DNA of 64,000 bases from Bdellovibrionales bacterium (GTDB lineage Bacteria > Bdellovibrionota > Bdellovibrionia > Bdellovibrionales > UBA1609), in the NCBI GenBank assembly GCA_965199825.1, contig OZ241329.1, positions 1,472,001 through 1,536,000 of the forward strand. Direction: 5' to 3'. The position numbers were made by a program, and so were the translations under genes. Shown piece after piece: positions 19,254 through 28,558 of the stretch (positions are counted from its first letter, which is position 1; every line of letters starts with the position of its first letter). The notes under the pieces are model-generated. The model saw only the letters and a program-made list of their open reading frames with translations. It was not told the origin of the DNA and did not search any database.

Positions 19254-19628
19254 TTAGCGAACTGTGATGTGAACTGTTTTGCTCATCTCTGGTCCATAGG
19301 AGCGATGGGCCCCATCGGCAAATTGCAAAGTTAAGGTGTGTGCGCCCTTTGGTAAGGTGAGAGTTGTTTCGGTTTGGCCTTTACCGAAATGCAAGTGGGT
19401 GGCATCGGCCGCTACGATTTCACCTTTAGGTGTGGCGGGTTCATCAATCATCAAGTGATGATGACCAGAAGTTTGATCGGTTGCATCTTCACCTGCAGGC
19501 CGAACTTTAAATCCATCCACTTTCATTTGGACCTTAAAAGGACTTTTCACTTTTTGGCCATCTTTCAGATTTCCAAAATCAACTGTTCCCGCAAACGCAG
19601 CTGCTAAAAATAATAAAAATACCGACAT
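19254..19628 (-). CDS. DUF4399 domain protein
   Basis: GHHHLMID, HLHFGKGQTE and G.HTLTLQFADGAH motifs; signal peptide; AAGGAG RBS. Confidence 0.9.
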   Translation of the reverse strand: MSVFLLFLAAAFAGTVDFGNLKDGQKVKSPFKVQMKVDGFKVRPAGEDATDQTSGHHHLMIDEPATPKGEIVAADATHLHFGKGQTETTLTLPKGAHTLTLQFADGAHRSYGPEMSKTVHITVR

Positions 19629-19736
19629 CGTTACTCCTTTGATAAAATTAAGACTTAAGTCCCATTTAAACATGGGCTATGCCTTGTCACCAGATATCAA
19701 GCTCACGCACAATAAAGCAAATAGGGAGTGCAGCAG

Positions 19737-20114
19737 ATGAAATTACGAAGAATTTTAGAATTGATTTTGGGGTTGATCTTTTTTGTGTTTGGTTTAAACG
19801 GCTTTTTTCATTTTCTGCCTCAACCTCCGTTGCCCGATACCGCAATGCCTTTTCTACAGGGTTTGATGAGTGCGAGTTATTTTTTTCCATTTATGAAAAC
19901 AATTGAAACGATTTGTGGCTTTTTATTTCTCACCGGATTCTATGTGCCTCTTGCACTTATTGTTTTGGCGCCGATTACTCTCAACATTTTTTTATTTCAT
20001 ATTATGCTCGCACCCGGCGGCTCACCCATGGCTATAGGAATTGCGGCGGTCCATGTGGCGCTCGGTTACCTTTACCGCGACACCTATCTCCCATTATTTA
20101 GGGCAAAACACTAA
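19737..20114 (+). CDS. DoxX family membrane protein
   Basis: LGLIFFVFGLNGF and LAPITLNIFLFH motifs; 4 TM segments. Confidence 0.85.
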   Translation: MKLRRILELILGLIFFVFGLNGFFHFLPQPPLPDTAMPFLQGLMSASYFFPFMKTIETICGFLFLTGFYVPLALIVLAPITLNIFLFHIMLAPGGSPMAIGIAAVHVALGYLYRDTYLPLFRAKH

Positions 20115-20734
20115 TGCTTGAGCTTCCCCAAAGTTTTACCGGATCAACCCAATTAGATTCATCTGAAGGTTTTTTAAAAGGAGCCTTTTTATTTCGTGAT
20201 GTGCCCAACGTCACAAGTAGTTTTAACTTAAATCAAAAAGGTTTGGAAATTCGTTGTAGCTCGAAACCCCCAGAGACCGAGGGGCCCAAATTTTTTGATC
20301 GATTGATTCGTGCGGTAGTTCCTAAAAAAGAAGTGGCGCAGCCCGCGATTATTTTAAAATTGCAATCCACCCGCTTGGCCCAAGCCTTTCGGGAGCAAGA
20401 TCAGGTTCATATTTATTCCTCAGATAACAAATTAGGAATCGCCTGCATCAGACAAAATCAATTGGCTTTTGCACTCGGAGACTTAAGTGAGCTTTTGCCT
20501 CTTAAAGGGGCTGCAAATTTGGTTTTTGAAAATATGAGCGAAGATTTTGTTCTTCGCACTTCATTAAAACCTTTGAACCTTAAAGCGGGGCGGGTTGTTC
20601 CGGTTGGATACTACAACGTCGCCCTTTTGTCGGAACAGCCTTTTGTTACCATCGTTCGCAGTGGGATTAGCCTAACGATGGATGATCTCAAACATCTTCA
20701 ACGCGAGTGGACCCTTCAACGCGAAAAACTTTAA
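20114..20734 (+). CDS. Hypothetical protein
   Basis: 206-aa ORF coupled by TAATG to DoxX. Confidence 0.6.
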   Translation: MLELPQSFTGSTQLDSSEGFLKGAFLFRDVPNVTSSFNLNQKGLEIRCSSKPPETEGPKFFDRLIRAVVPKKEVAQPAIILKLQSTRLAQAFREQDQVHIYSSDNKLGIACIRQNQLAFALGDLSELLPLKGAANLVFENMSEDFVLRTSLKPLNLKAGRVVPVGYYNVALLSEQPFVTIVRSGISLTMDDLKHLQREWTLQREKL

Positions 20735-21030
20735 GCCGCTTTTTTGATATTGATATTTAAGAGCCCGATTTGGCCAAGTTTCTTTTTGGCAAGCGGCCAA
20801 AAAACTTCGCGAATCTGAATCTCATCTGGCTTTAACTTGAGTTTACCAAAATTTTCGAGCTCAAATGCGCTGATGAATTCGGCTTCTGCAGAGCCTTTAG
20901 CAAGCTTCAATAGCAATCGAAATTGGACCTCAGAAAAATCGGCAGCAATCATCATTTTTCTTAAAGGTTGCTCAGGCGTGTTTTTTAAATAATCGCACAC
21001 GCCAACAATATCATCTTTAGTAATCATCAT
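20731..21030 (-). CDS. Hypothetical protein
   Basis: 99-aa ORF with AAGGAG RBS. Confidence 0.7.
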   Translation of the reverse strand: MMITKDDIVGVCDYLKNTPEQPLRKMMIAADFSEVQFRLLLKLAKGSAEAEFISAFELENFGKLKLKPDEIQIREVFWPLAKKKLGQIGLLNINIKKAA

Positions 21031-21088
21031 GGTTTGACTCCTTATACTGACCTATCGGCTAGTCGAGTCGAGGGCTTAATGTCTTATT

Positions 21089-21918
21089 TTAGGATTCTGG
21101 CAGTGGAATAAATTCGGTTTCGCCTTCAGGGAGTCGAAATTCACCCGATTTCCAGGATTTTTTGGCAGCTTCGATCAATTCTTGATTGGTAGAAACAAAA
21201 TTCCAAAAAATTGTCCTGGGCTGAGACAGCGGCGGGCCGCCGATCATCATCATTCGGGTCTGTTGATCTCCTGCTCTGAGTTGAATTTTTTCGCCAGGCG
21301 AAAACACCGCAAGTTGGTCGGGTGTGATTTTTTGTTCTAAGGTCGAAACCTCGCCATCGATCACATATATCCCATATTCAAAACTTGGATCTTGATCAAA
21401 AACAAATTCGCTTTGGGGCGAAATAAGGGCATCTAAAAAATCATTTCACTGTGGACCGCAACCGGAGATTGATGCCCAAAAGCTTGGCCCACAAGGAGTC
21501 TAATTTGTAATTGCGAATTTTTAAATTGTGGAAGTATATCAGCAGCATAGTGAGTAAATTTGGGATCGATGGTTTCAGATTCCTGCGGCAGAGCCACCCA
21601 CAGTTGAAGCCCATGCAAATCGGTCAATTCTGAGCGCTCTGAGTGGCAAATGCCCTTGCCTGCGGTCATCCAATTGATCGCACCAGGTCGAATATTTAAA
21701 TTGTTACCCAAATTATCGCGATGAGTGATTTCGCCACTAAACAAATAAGTTACCGTAGCGAGCCCAATATGGGGATGAGGGCGAACGGCCATCTGAACTT
21801 TGGCTGGTCCCATATGATCGAAAAAAACAAAGGGTCCCACTGATCTTAAGCTGGAAGGCAGACTGCGACGAACAACAAATTCACCAAGGTCTCGAGAAAA
21901 TGGCTGAATGACTTTCAT
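21089..21918 (-). pseudogene. Pirin family gene split by a 1-nt frameshift (pseudogene, sequencing error or recoding)
   Basis: 5' part has GPFVFFDH, HPHIG and WMTAG.GI.HSE; 3' part has GIYVIDG and IFWNFVS; the two join in the -1 frame at ATT TTT TAG (21441-21433). Confidence 0.85.
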
Positions 21919-22001
21919 AACAACACTAAAGCTGAAGTTCTAGAGGCGCGGCAAGAGAAAGTGTGTTACGTAAGGGTTCTTCTATTTACCAAAGGATCAT
22001 T

Positions 22002-23438
22002 TTGCAATCTTTTACAGAACTCCCATTGAGTCGTGAACTCCAAGCCTCAATCACAGAAATGGGCTACACAACACCAAGCCCAATCCAAGTCCAATCCATC
22101 CCAATTTTATTAAAAGAACCCACCGACTTTTTGGGTTTGGCTGCAACCGGTACCGGCAAAACTGCCGCATTTGGAATTCCGCTGCTTGAACAATTGGATG
22201 CATCAAAAAATCAAACACAAGCTCTTATTCTTTGTCCAACGCGCGAATTGGCGCTGCAAGTTTCTGGACAAATTTCTGCGCTTGGCAAACACAAAGGGAT
22301 CAAAGCCCTCCCTGTTTACGGAGGCTCTGGCTACGGTGAACAGATCGCCGGAATGAAGCGTGGAGCAGCGGTGATTGTTGGAACACCTGGTCGCTTGGTG
22401 GATCATATTGATCGAGGCACCTTAAAACTCAACAACATCCGCACCGTGATTCTTGATGAAGCCGACGAAATGATTTCGATGGGTTTTAAAAAAGACATGG
22501 ATAAAATTTTAAGCCGCGTTTCAAACGCTAACACCTGGCTGTTTTCGGCAACAATGAGCACTGAAGTTCGTAAAGTTGCAGATAAATTTTTGAAAGATCC
22601 AAAACATGTTCAAGTGAACCGTGTCGAGATGCTCTCGGCCACTGTTGAGCAAGTGTTTTATCCCGTGCGCGAAGCCAACAAACCAGAAATTGTTTGTAAG
22701 TTGATTGATGCCGCTGAGGATTTTTATGGTCTGATTTTTTGCCAAACCAAATCAATGGTTCAAACCTTGACCCATCTTTTGACCGAGCGCGGTTACCGTG
22801 CGGATTGTCTTCATGGCGATCGCGATCAATCTGCTCGTGAGCGAACAATGCGTTCGTTTCGTGAACACAAAGTCAATATCTTGGTCTGTACCGATGTGGC
22901 TTCACGTGGACTTGATGTAAAAGATGTTTCGCATGTGATGAATTACTCATTGCCACGTGAACTCGATAGCTATGTTCATCGTATTGGTCGGACCGCACGC
23001 AGTGGTCAAAACGGGATTGCAATGAGTCTTGTGTCACCTTCACAACGTGAACTTGTGTTCCGTATTGAGCGAATGACAAAAAGCAAAATGCGCGAAGGAG
23101 CAATCCCCACTCGCAAAGAGATTGGCCAAAAGAAAATCAACAAAATGTTTGAGACTTTTATGGCCCAGCCTTTTGAGCGTGCACAAACTTTATTAACTAA
23201 AGAGTGGAGCGAAGCTTTGGCAAATATGCCTGTGGATGAAATCGCCGCACGTTTTTTGACCATGTCATTTAAAGATTTGTTTATCGAAAGACCCGAAACC
23301 GATATCCGATCAGGTCCTGCTATTCGCACCGAAGAGCGTGCGGGTGAGGGTGGCCAAGGACGACGACCAAGCAACAATCGTCAGCGTCCAAGTTGGAGAA
23401 AGAAGACCAATTCAAGATCTTCTTATGCTCAACGCTAA
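22002..23438 (+). CDS. DEAD-box RNA helicase, DeaD/CshA-like
   Basis: Q motif, ATGTGKT, PTRELA, TPGR, DEAD, SAT and HRIGRTAR; TTG start after AAAGGA. Confidence 0.95.
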   Translation: MQSFTELPLSRELQASITEMGYTTPSPIQVQSIPILLKEPTDFLGLAATGTGKTAAFGIPLLEQLDASKNQTQALILCPTRELALQVSGQISALGKHKGIKALPVYGGSGYGEQIAGMKRGAAVIVGTPGRLVDHIDRGTLKLNNIRTVILDEADEMISMGFKKDMDKILSRVSNANTWLFSATMSTEVRKVADKFLKDPKHVQVNRVEMLSATVEQVFYPVREANKPEIVCKLIDAAEDFYGLIFCQTKSMVQTLTHLLTERGYRADCLHGDRDQSARERTMRSFREHKVNILVCTDVASRGLDVKDVSHVMNYSLPRELDSYVHRIGRTARSGQNGIAMSLVSPSQRELVFRIERMTKSKMREGAIPTRKEIGQKKINKMFETFMAQPFERAQTLLTKEWSEALANMPVDEIAARFLTMSFKDLFIERPETDIRSGPAIRTEERAGEGGQGRRPSNNRQRPSWRKKTNSRSSYAQR

Positions 23439-23779
23439 CTGATCTTTAAACGTGAGCCGCAATTTTGGCAGCTCACTTCAATTGGAACATTGACATATTT
23501 TTTATCGACTTTGAGAGTGTCCTGGCAATCGGGACACTTGAAATCAAATGGCGTAATCTTAAAATGCTTTTGATAACTCGAATATCCCGCCCATGGCGCA
23601 AGTAGCAGCAACAGCGGCACCAAAAAAAAATGGATCACCGGAAGTAAAATCGCAAGTGCAGCACAGACCACGACCGTGGCAAAACGAGTTGCTCCCAAAA
23701 TGATTCTTTGTTGGAGGCTCAGTGGTTCAATTTGAACTTCGAGATTCAACTCTTTTCCGGATGAACTTTCAACACGCAT
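23435..23779 (-). CDS. Small membrane protein with C-terminal zinc ribbon
   Basis: Two hydrophobic helices, then CPDC-x17-CQNC. Confidence 0.7.
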   Translation of the reverse strand: MRVESSSGKELNLEVQIEPLSLQQRIILGATRFATVVVCAALAILLPVIHFFLVPLLLLLAPWAGYSSYQKHFKITPFDFKCPDCQDTLKVDKKYVNVPIEVSCQNCGSRLKIS

Positions 23780-23912
23780 AACAATCACCTTTTTTTGACC
23801 CAGTGATGAACGATGGTAGAGGATAGCATCGGTTTGATCCGTAACGTCAAGTTTGGACATCGCTTTTGAAGGCGCGTACCGTGAGAGGCTTGGCTTGATC
23901 AGTTCTGAGGAG

Positions 23913-25892
23913 ATGACATCTGTGATTCATAACGCCCGTACCCTTGCCGAAAAGATTCGTCGCTTTCTGATCGGCAGCCCAAAGAATCTCGAAGACCGAT
24001 CGATCTTTCATCATCTCTCGCTGATTCCTTTGCTTGCATGGGTGGGGCTTGGCGCGGATGGATTGTCATCATCGTCTTATGGTCCTGCCGAGGCTTTTCA
24101 AGCTTTGGGTGAGCACACTTACATTGCTGTTGGACTTGCAGCACTGATGGCCTTTACCGTTTTTGTGATCTCTGCAGCTTACCGCCGAATCATCGAGGAA
24201 TTTCCTCATGGTGGGGGTGGGTATGTGGTTGCAAGTCATTTGCTCGGTCATCATGTAGGAGTGGTGTCGGGTTGCGCACTGTTGGTCGATTATATTTTAA
24301 CCATCACAATATCTATAGCTGCAGCTGGCGACGCATTATTTAGTTTTTTACCCATGGACTTGCATGTTCTAAAAATTCCGATCGAAATTTTTTTGATTGT
24401 TGCCTTAATGATTTTGAATATTCGTGGAGTCAAAGAGTCGGTCATTGTGATGGCTCCGATCTTTATTCTTTTTTTGATCACCCATGCGATTATGATTGTT
24501 GGCGGTATTGCGGGTCACGCAAACGAGATGGATGTCACCTTTCATTCGATCACTTCTGGCTATAGCAATGGTTTATCAACCATTGGTCCGATGGCGATGT
24601 TTTTACTTTTTATTCACTCCTATTCGCTGGGTGGTGGAACGTATACAGGGATCGAAGCGGTCTCAAACGGCTTGCCGATTATGCGCGAGCCACGCGTGCA
24701 AACAGCAAAACGCACGATGACCTACATGGCTTTTTCGCTCGCGATCACCGCGTCTGGATTGTTGCTCTGTTATCTTTTATGGCAAATTGCTCCAGCACCC
24801 GGGATGACCTTGAATGCGGTGCTCTTACAAAAAATGACCAATGGTTTACCTTTTGGATCAACCTTTACAGTGGTGTCATTGATTGCCGAAGGATTGTTGC
24901 TGGTGGTTGCGGCTCAAGCCGGATTTATTGATGGGCCAAGAGTGCTTGCGAATATGGCTGTGGATTCTTGGTTTCCGCGTCGGTTTGCGGCTTTGTCTGA
25001 ACGACTCACCACAAGTAACGGTATCGTTCTGATGTCGTTTGCCTCACTGCTCGCTCTTTTTTATACCAAAGGTGATGTGTCCCGTTTGGTGGTGATGTAC
25101 TCGATCAACGTGTTTCTCACATTTTCATTATCGATTTTTGGAATGTTAAAATCCTATATGGGTTCGCGCAAAACAAAACCAAGATGGAAAAGTGGGATGG
25201 CCATTTTTTCGATTGGATTTGTTTTGTGTGTGACCATCTTAATCATCACCACCCTCGAAAAATTTGAAGAGGGCGGCTGGGTCACATTGGTGGTGACAAC
25301 GGCTCTTGTTCTTTTGTGTTTTTCGATCAAGCGACATTACCTTGCGGTGGCAAAAAAATTAAGACTGCTTGAAGTGACCGTAAGAGATGTTGAAACCAAC
25401 GCCAATGATAAAAAAGATGTTCAACTAGATCCTCAAGGCCGTACCGCTGCCATACTTGTTGGCGGCTACGGAGGGCTTGGAGTTTATACCTTTCAAAGCA
25501 TTCTCAAGATTTTCCCAAATGTTTACAAAAATTTTATTTTTATTTCTGTGGGTGTTGTGGATTCGGGCGCTTTTAAGGGTGAAGCTTCGGTAGAAGATCT
25601 AAAAGAAGACACCACACGAATGCTGCAAAAATATGTGCGAATGAGCAATGACCTTGGTTATGCCGCCACCAAAAAAATTGCGGTGGGAACTGATATTGTG
25701 CAAGAGGCTTTTGATTTGTGTCAGCAGGCCGTCGAAGAATTTCCACTCACCACTTTTTTTACCGGCAAGGTGATATTTTCTGAAGACACTTGGTTTAACC
25801 GCTTTTTACACAACGAAACTGGTTTAGCGCTCCAAAAACGACTCCAAATTTCTGGATTAACAATGGTCGTCCTGCCGGCCAAAGTGATTTAA
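23913..25892 (+). CDS. APC superfamily permease, possibly a KimA-like K+ transporter
   Basis: GADGLSSSSYG, GGGGY and TGIEAVSNG motifs; about 12 TM segments plus a cytoplasmic C-terminal domain. Confidence 0.85.
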   Translation: MTSVIHNARTLAEKIRRFLIGSPKNLEDRSIFHHLSLIPLLAWVGLGADGLSSSSYGPAEAFQALGEHTYIAVGLAALMAFTVFVISAAYRRIIEEFPHGGGGYVVASHLLGHHVGVVSGCALLVDYILTITISIAAAGDALFSFLPMDLHVLKIPIEIFLIVALMILNIRGVKESVIVMAPIFILFLITHAIMIVGGIAGHANEMDVTFHSITSGYSNGLSTIGPMAMFLLFIHSYSLGGGTYTGIEAVSNGLPIMREPRVQTAKRTMTYMAFSLAITASGLLLCYLLWQIAPAPGMTLNAVLLQKMTNGLPFGSTFTVVSLIAEGLLLVVAAQAGFIDGPRVLANMAVDSWFPRRFAALSERLTTSNGIVLMSFASLLALFYTKGDVSRLVVMYSINVFLTFSLSIFGMLKSYMGSRKTKPRWKSGMAIFSIGFVLCVTILIITTLEKFEEGGWVTLVVTTALVLLCFSIKRHYLAVAKKLRLLEVTVRDVETNANDKKDVQLDPQGRTAAILVGGYGGLGVYTFQSILKIFPNVYKNFIFISVGVVDSGAFKGEASVEDLKEDTTRMLQKYVRMSNDLGYAATKKIAVGTDIVQEAFDLCQQAVEEFPLTTFFTGKVIFSEDTWFNRFLHNETGLALQKRLQISGLTMVVLPAKVI

Positions 25893-26291
25893 ATGTTTCA
25901 AGGCCTTGAGCGCGAATTGCGATTTGTCGCGGTTCGTAGTCGTGGGCCTGGTGGTCAAAATGTAAATAAAGTTTCTAGTGCGGCTTTGTGCACTTGGGAC
26001 TACAAAAATTCTGCATTTCATTTTGATCGAATTCTTTTAGGCGAACGCCTCAAAAATCAAATTAATAAAGATGGCCTTGTTTATCTTCGAAGCGATGAGT
26101 TTCGTGATTTCGAACAAAACAAAAGACGCTGTATCGAAAAATTGTCGGCCATGATCGCTGCTGCTTTGCACCGCCCTAAACGCCGGATCAAAACAAAACC
26201 CACCTTTGCCTCAAAGGTGCGAAGGCAAAACACTAAGGCTCAGCGCGGCGAAATTAAAAAATCGCGAACGAAGGTTCGGATTTCTCGCTAA
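25893..26291 (+). CDS. arfB: Alternative ribosome-rescue peptidyl-tRNA hydrolase ArfB (YaeJ)
   Basis: RS.GPGGQNVNKV motif; basic tail PKRR..TKPT....RR. Confidence 0.93.
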   Translation: MFQGLERELRFVAVRSRGPGGQNVNKVSSAALCTWDYKNSAFHFDRILLGERLKNQINKDGLVYLRSDEFRDFEQNKRRCIEKLSAMIAAALHRPKRRIKTKPTFASKVRRQNTKAQRGEIKKSRTKVRISR

Positions 26292-26301
26292 GCTTTTAAG
26301 C

Positions 26302-27273
26302 ATGAAATTGATTGCATGCGCTCTAATTTTATTTTTGTGTTCTTGCGGTACCCAAACATTTCCGATTCCACCAAATCCAATCCTCTTGGTTGACACTCAT
26401 GCCGCAGAAATTGTTTCGGGCATCTTGGGTGGAGCAATCAATGATGCGCCGACCGCAACCACATCTTTTGCCCATCGCATTTGGCAGGAGTTGACGCTTT
26501 TGCCAAAAGCTTATGGGTACTCATCGACTTGTGCGGTGGGTACGATGGCGCCCTCGGTGTTTTCGACAGGCACAATAAATTATGTTTATTCACCAGCCGT
26601 CTGCACCGATGTTTTTACCAATGGCACAACGGGGACCGCATCTTTTAGCTCAACCACTTACAATTACAACTATGCTTCAAATTGTACGGGTACCGATTTT
26701 GGTTTGAGCACTCAGCCTACGGCTTGTGTAGTCACTCGAACAACTTCGTCGCCGGTCACTCGAATGATCACTCCTCCAAGCGGAACAAGTGCAACCGTCA
26801 CTCATGACACTTTGAACCCTAGCGGATTTAGTACAAGCGTCGTCACTTCAAGTGGGGGCGAGGTGATCACTTGTGGAGCTGCGAATGTTGGCGACACCAC
26901 CTGTACCACGCGATCGATTGTGGTGAATGGATCGCATGTCACATCTACTGACGGTTGGGATCACACTGTCTCAACGACAGCGCCGATTATGGTTGTTGGC
27001 AATGCGACGACCTCGGTGGTGAATTCGGCTAGCCTCACAGTCCAAGACAACACCAATCAATATACGGTGAACTTTTCTGTTTATACGCCATTAAGTTATT
27101 CGCTTGCGAACTGTTGTTATCCAACAAGTGGTCAGCTGATTGGGGTATTTTCAGGTGGACCTTATAGTGGAAAAACAATCAACGTGAGCTTTTCGCCAAA
27201 TTGTGGTGAGGTTGCGGTCGCAGTACAAGGGCCAAGTTTGCCCTCGCAAATGACTCTTACTCATTGCCTTTAA
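26302..27273 (+). CDS. Thr/Ser/Cys-rich putative lipoprotein
   Basis: MKLIACALILFLCSC lipobox; beta-rich, with many Cys. Confidence 0.7.
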   Translation: MKLIACALILFLCSCGTQTFPIPPNPILLVDTHAAEIVSGILGGAINDAPTATTSFAHRIWQELTLLPKAYGYSSTCAVGTMAPSVFSTGTINYVYSPAVCTDVFTNGTTGTASFSSTTYNYNYASNCTGTDFGLSTQPTACVVTRTTSSPVTRMITPPSGTSATVTHDTLNPSGFSTSVVTSSGGEVITCGAANVGDTTCTTRSIVVNGSHVTSTDGWDHTVSTTAPIMVVGNATTSVVNSASLTVQDNTNQYTVNFSVYTPLSYSLANCCYPTSGQLIGVFSGGPYSGKTINVSFSPNCGEVAVAVQGPSLPSQMTLTHCL

Positions 27274-28444
27274 GAACAGCTTTAACAACATCAAGACGGC
27301 CATCAATGGGTTCAACCACAGGCAATTTTAGTATTTCTGCAATCAATGGATAGACATTGATATTTTCAAAGGTATCCAACTGTTTTTGTTTATTAAAGTG
27401 TGGACCCTCGGCCATAAAAATTCCGTGCATCTGCAAATTCACATCGGGATCAAAACCATGATTGCCTTTTTTAAAAGGCTTTGGATGATCCTTGTATTGC
27501 AATGAATAAGGCGCATTGGTCGTGACTAAGATGTCACCCACTCGTGGGGTGTTTTGGTAATGCCACTTTTGTGGGATTTCATCGTGAGCATAAACATTAA
27601 AATGATGCGAATATTTTTTGAAAGCCTGAATCGTCTTTTGAATCTCGCTGCGTTTGCTATTTGGTTTTAAGTAGAGCAAGGCTTGGGTTGAATCACCCAT
27701 CACCATAAAGTTTTTAAGACTCACTCGCTCATCCAGATTTTCGATTGAGTCTTGAGAAATGTCAGCCATTCCATGATCCGACAAAACGATTAAATCTATA
27801 CCGCGGGGTAAGTTTTTTCGAAGCTCGCCGATCAGCTGATCGATTTCGGCCACCGCATTTTTAACTTCATTCGAGGTTGGTCCATAAAGATGCGAAGCTT
27901 CATCCACCTGAGAAAAATAAAGAGTGGTCAACTGCGGCGGATTTTTTGAACGCAGCCATTCAAGAACCTGATTCACTCGGGTTAAGCCTGGGGTCTTTGA
28001 GTTATAGTTGATATAAGTGGAAGGCCGATGTCCTGCTATTTCGGCCTCTGATCCAGGCCAGAAATAACATGCCGAACGCTGATGATTTTGTTCTGCCAAA
28101 CTCCAAAGAGGAGTTCCGCCATACCATCGTCCATCACGAATGGCGTTCACATCTGAAATTTTGAATTCTTGAGAGATACGCGGATCATAAAATTCGTTGG
28201 CAACAATTCCGTGATGCTCAGCATAGAGGCCAGTAGCGATGGCATAATGATTGGGATAAGTTTTAGATGGAAATATGGGTTTTAAGCTCTTGGCCCTTAC
28301 CCCTGAATTCGAGATCTGGTTCAGGTTCGAGGGATTATACATTTTAAGATAATCAGATCGAAAGGCATCAATAGACACAAGCAAAACAGAGGGGCGATGA
28401 GTGGCGCAACCCACACAAAGGAGTGCAAAAATTAAATATTTCAT
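27257..28444 (-). CDS. Ectonucleotide pyrophosphatase/phosphodiesterase (NPP) lipoprotein
   Basis: SIDAFR.DY, FPSKTYPNH, SDHGM and GNHGFD motifs; lipobox CVGC. Confidence 0.92.
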   Translation of the reverse strand: MKYLIFALLCVGCATHRPSVLLVSIDAFRSDYLKMYNPSNLNQISNSGVRAKSLKPIFPSKTYPNHYAIATGLYAEHHGIVANEFYDPRISQEFKISDVNAIRDGRWYGGTPLWSLAEQNHQRSACYFWPGSEAEIAGHRPSTYINYNSKTPGLTRVNQVLEWLRSKNPPQLTTLYFSQVDEASHLYGPTSNEVKNAVAEIDQLIGELRKNLPRGIDLIVLSDHGMADISQDSIENLDERVSLKNFMVMGDSTQALLYLKPNSKRSEIQKTIQAFKKYSHHFNVYAHDEIPQKWHYQNTPRVGDILVTTNAPYSLQYKDHPKPFKKGNHGFDPDVNLQMHGIFMAEGPHFNKQKQLDTFENINVYPLIAEILKLPVVEPIDGRLDVVKAVLKGNE

Positions 28445-28558
28445 TGGCTCGCAGTAACACCCTTTGGTCTCGAAAGCATCTCTCAAGTCCAGTTGGTAGA
28501 GCGTCGAATTGACAAGATCTTACCCATCTAGCTCGAATAGAGGAGAGGGGAAAATATC

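Noticed and set aside
28487..28520. tRNA D-loop-like string CAGTTGGTAGAGCG
   Set aside because: The D-stem does not pair, and no T-arm (GTTCRA) or acceptor stem follows; more likely part of a promoter region (TTGACA adjacent)
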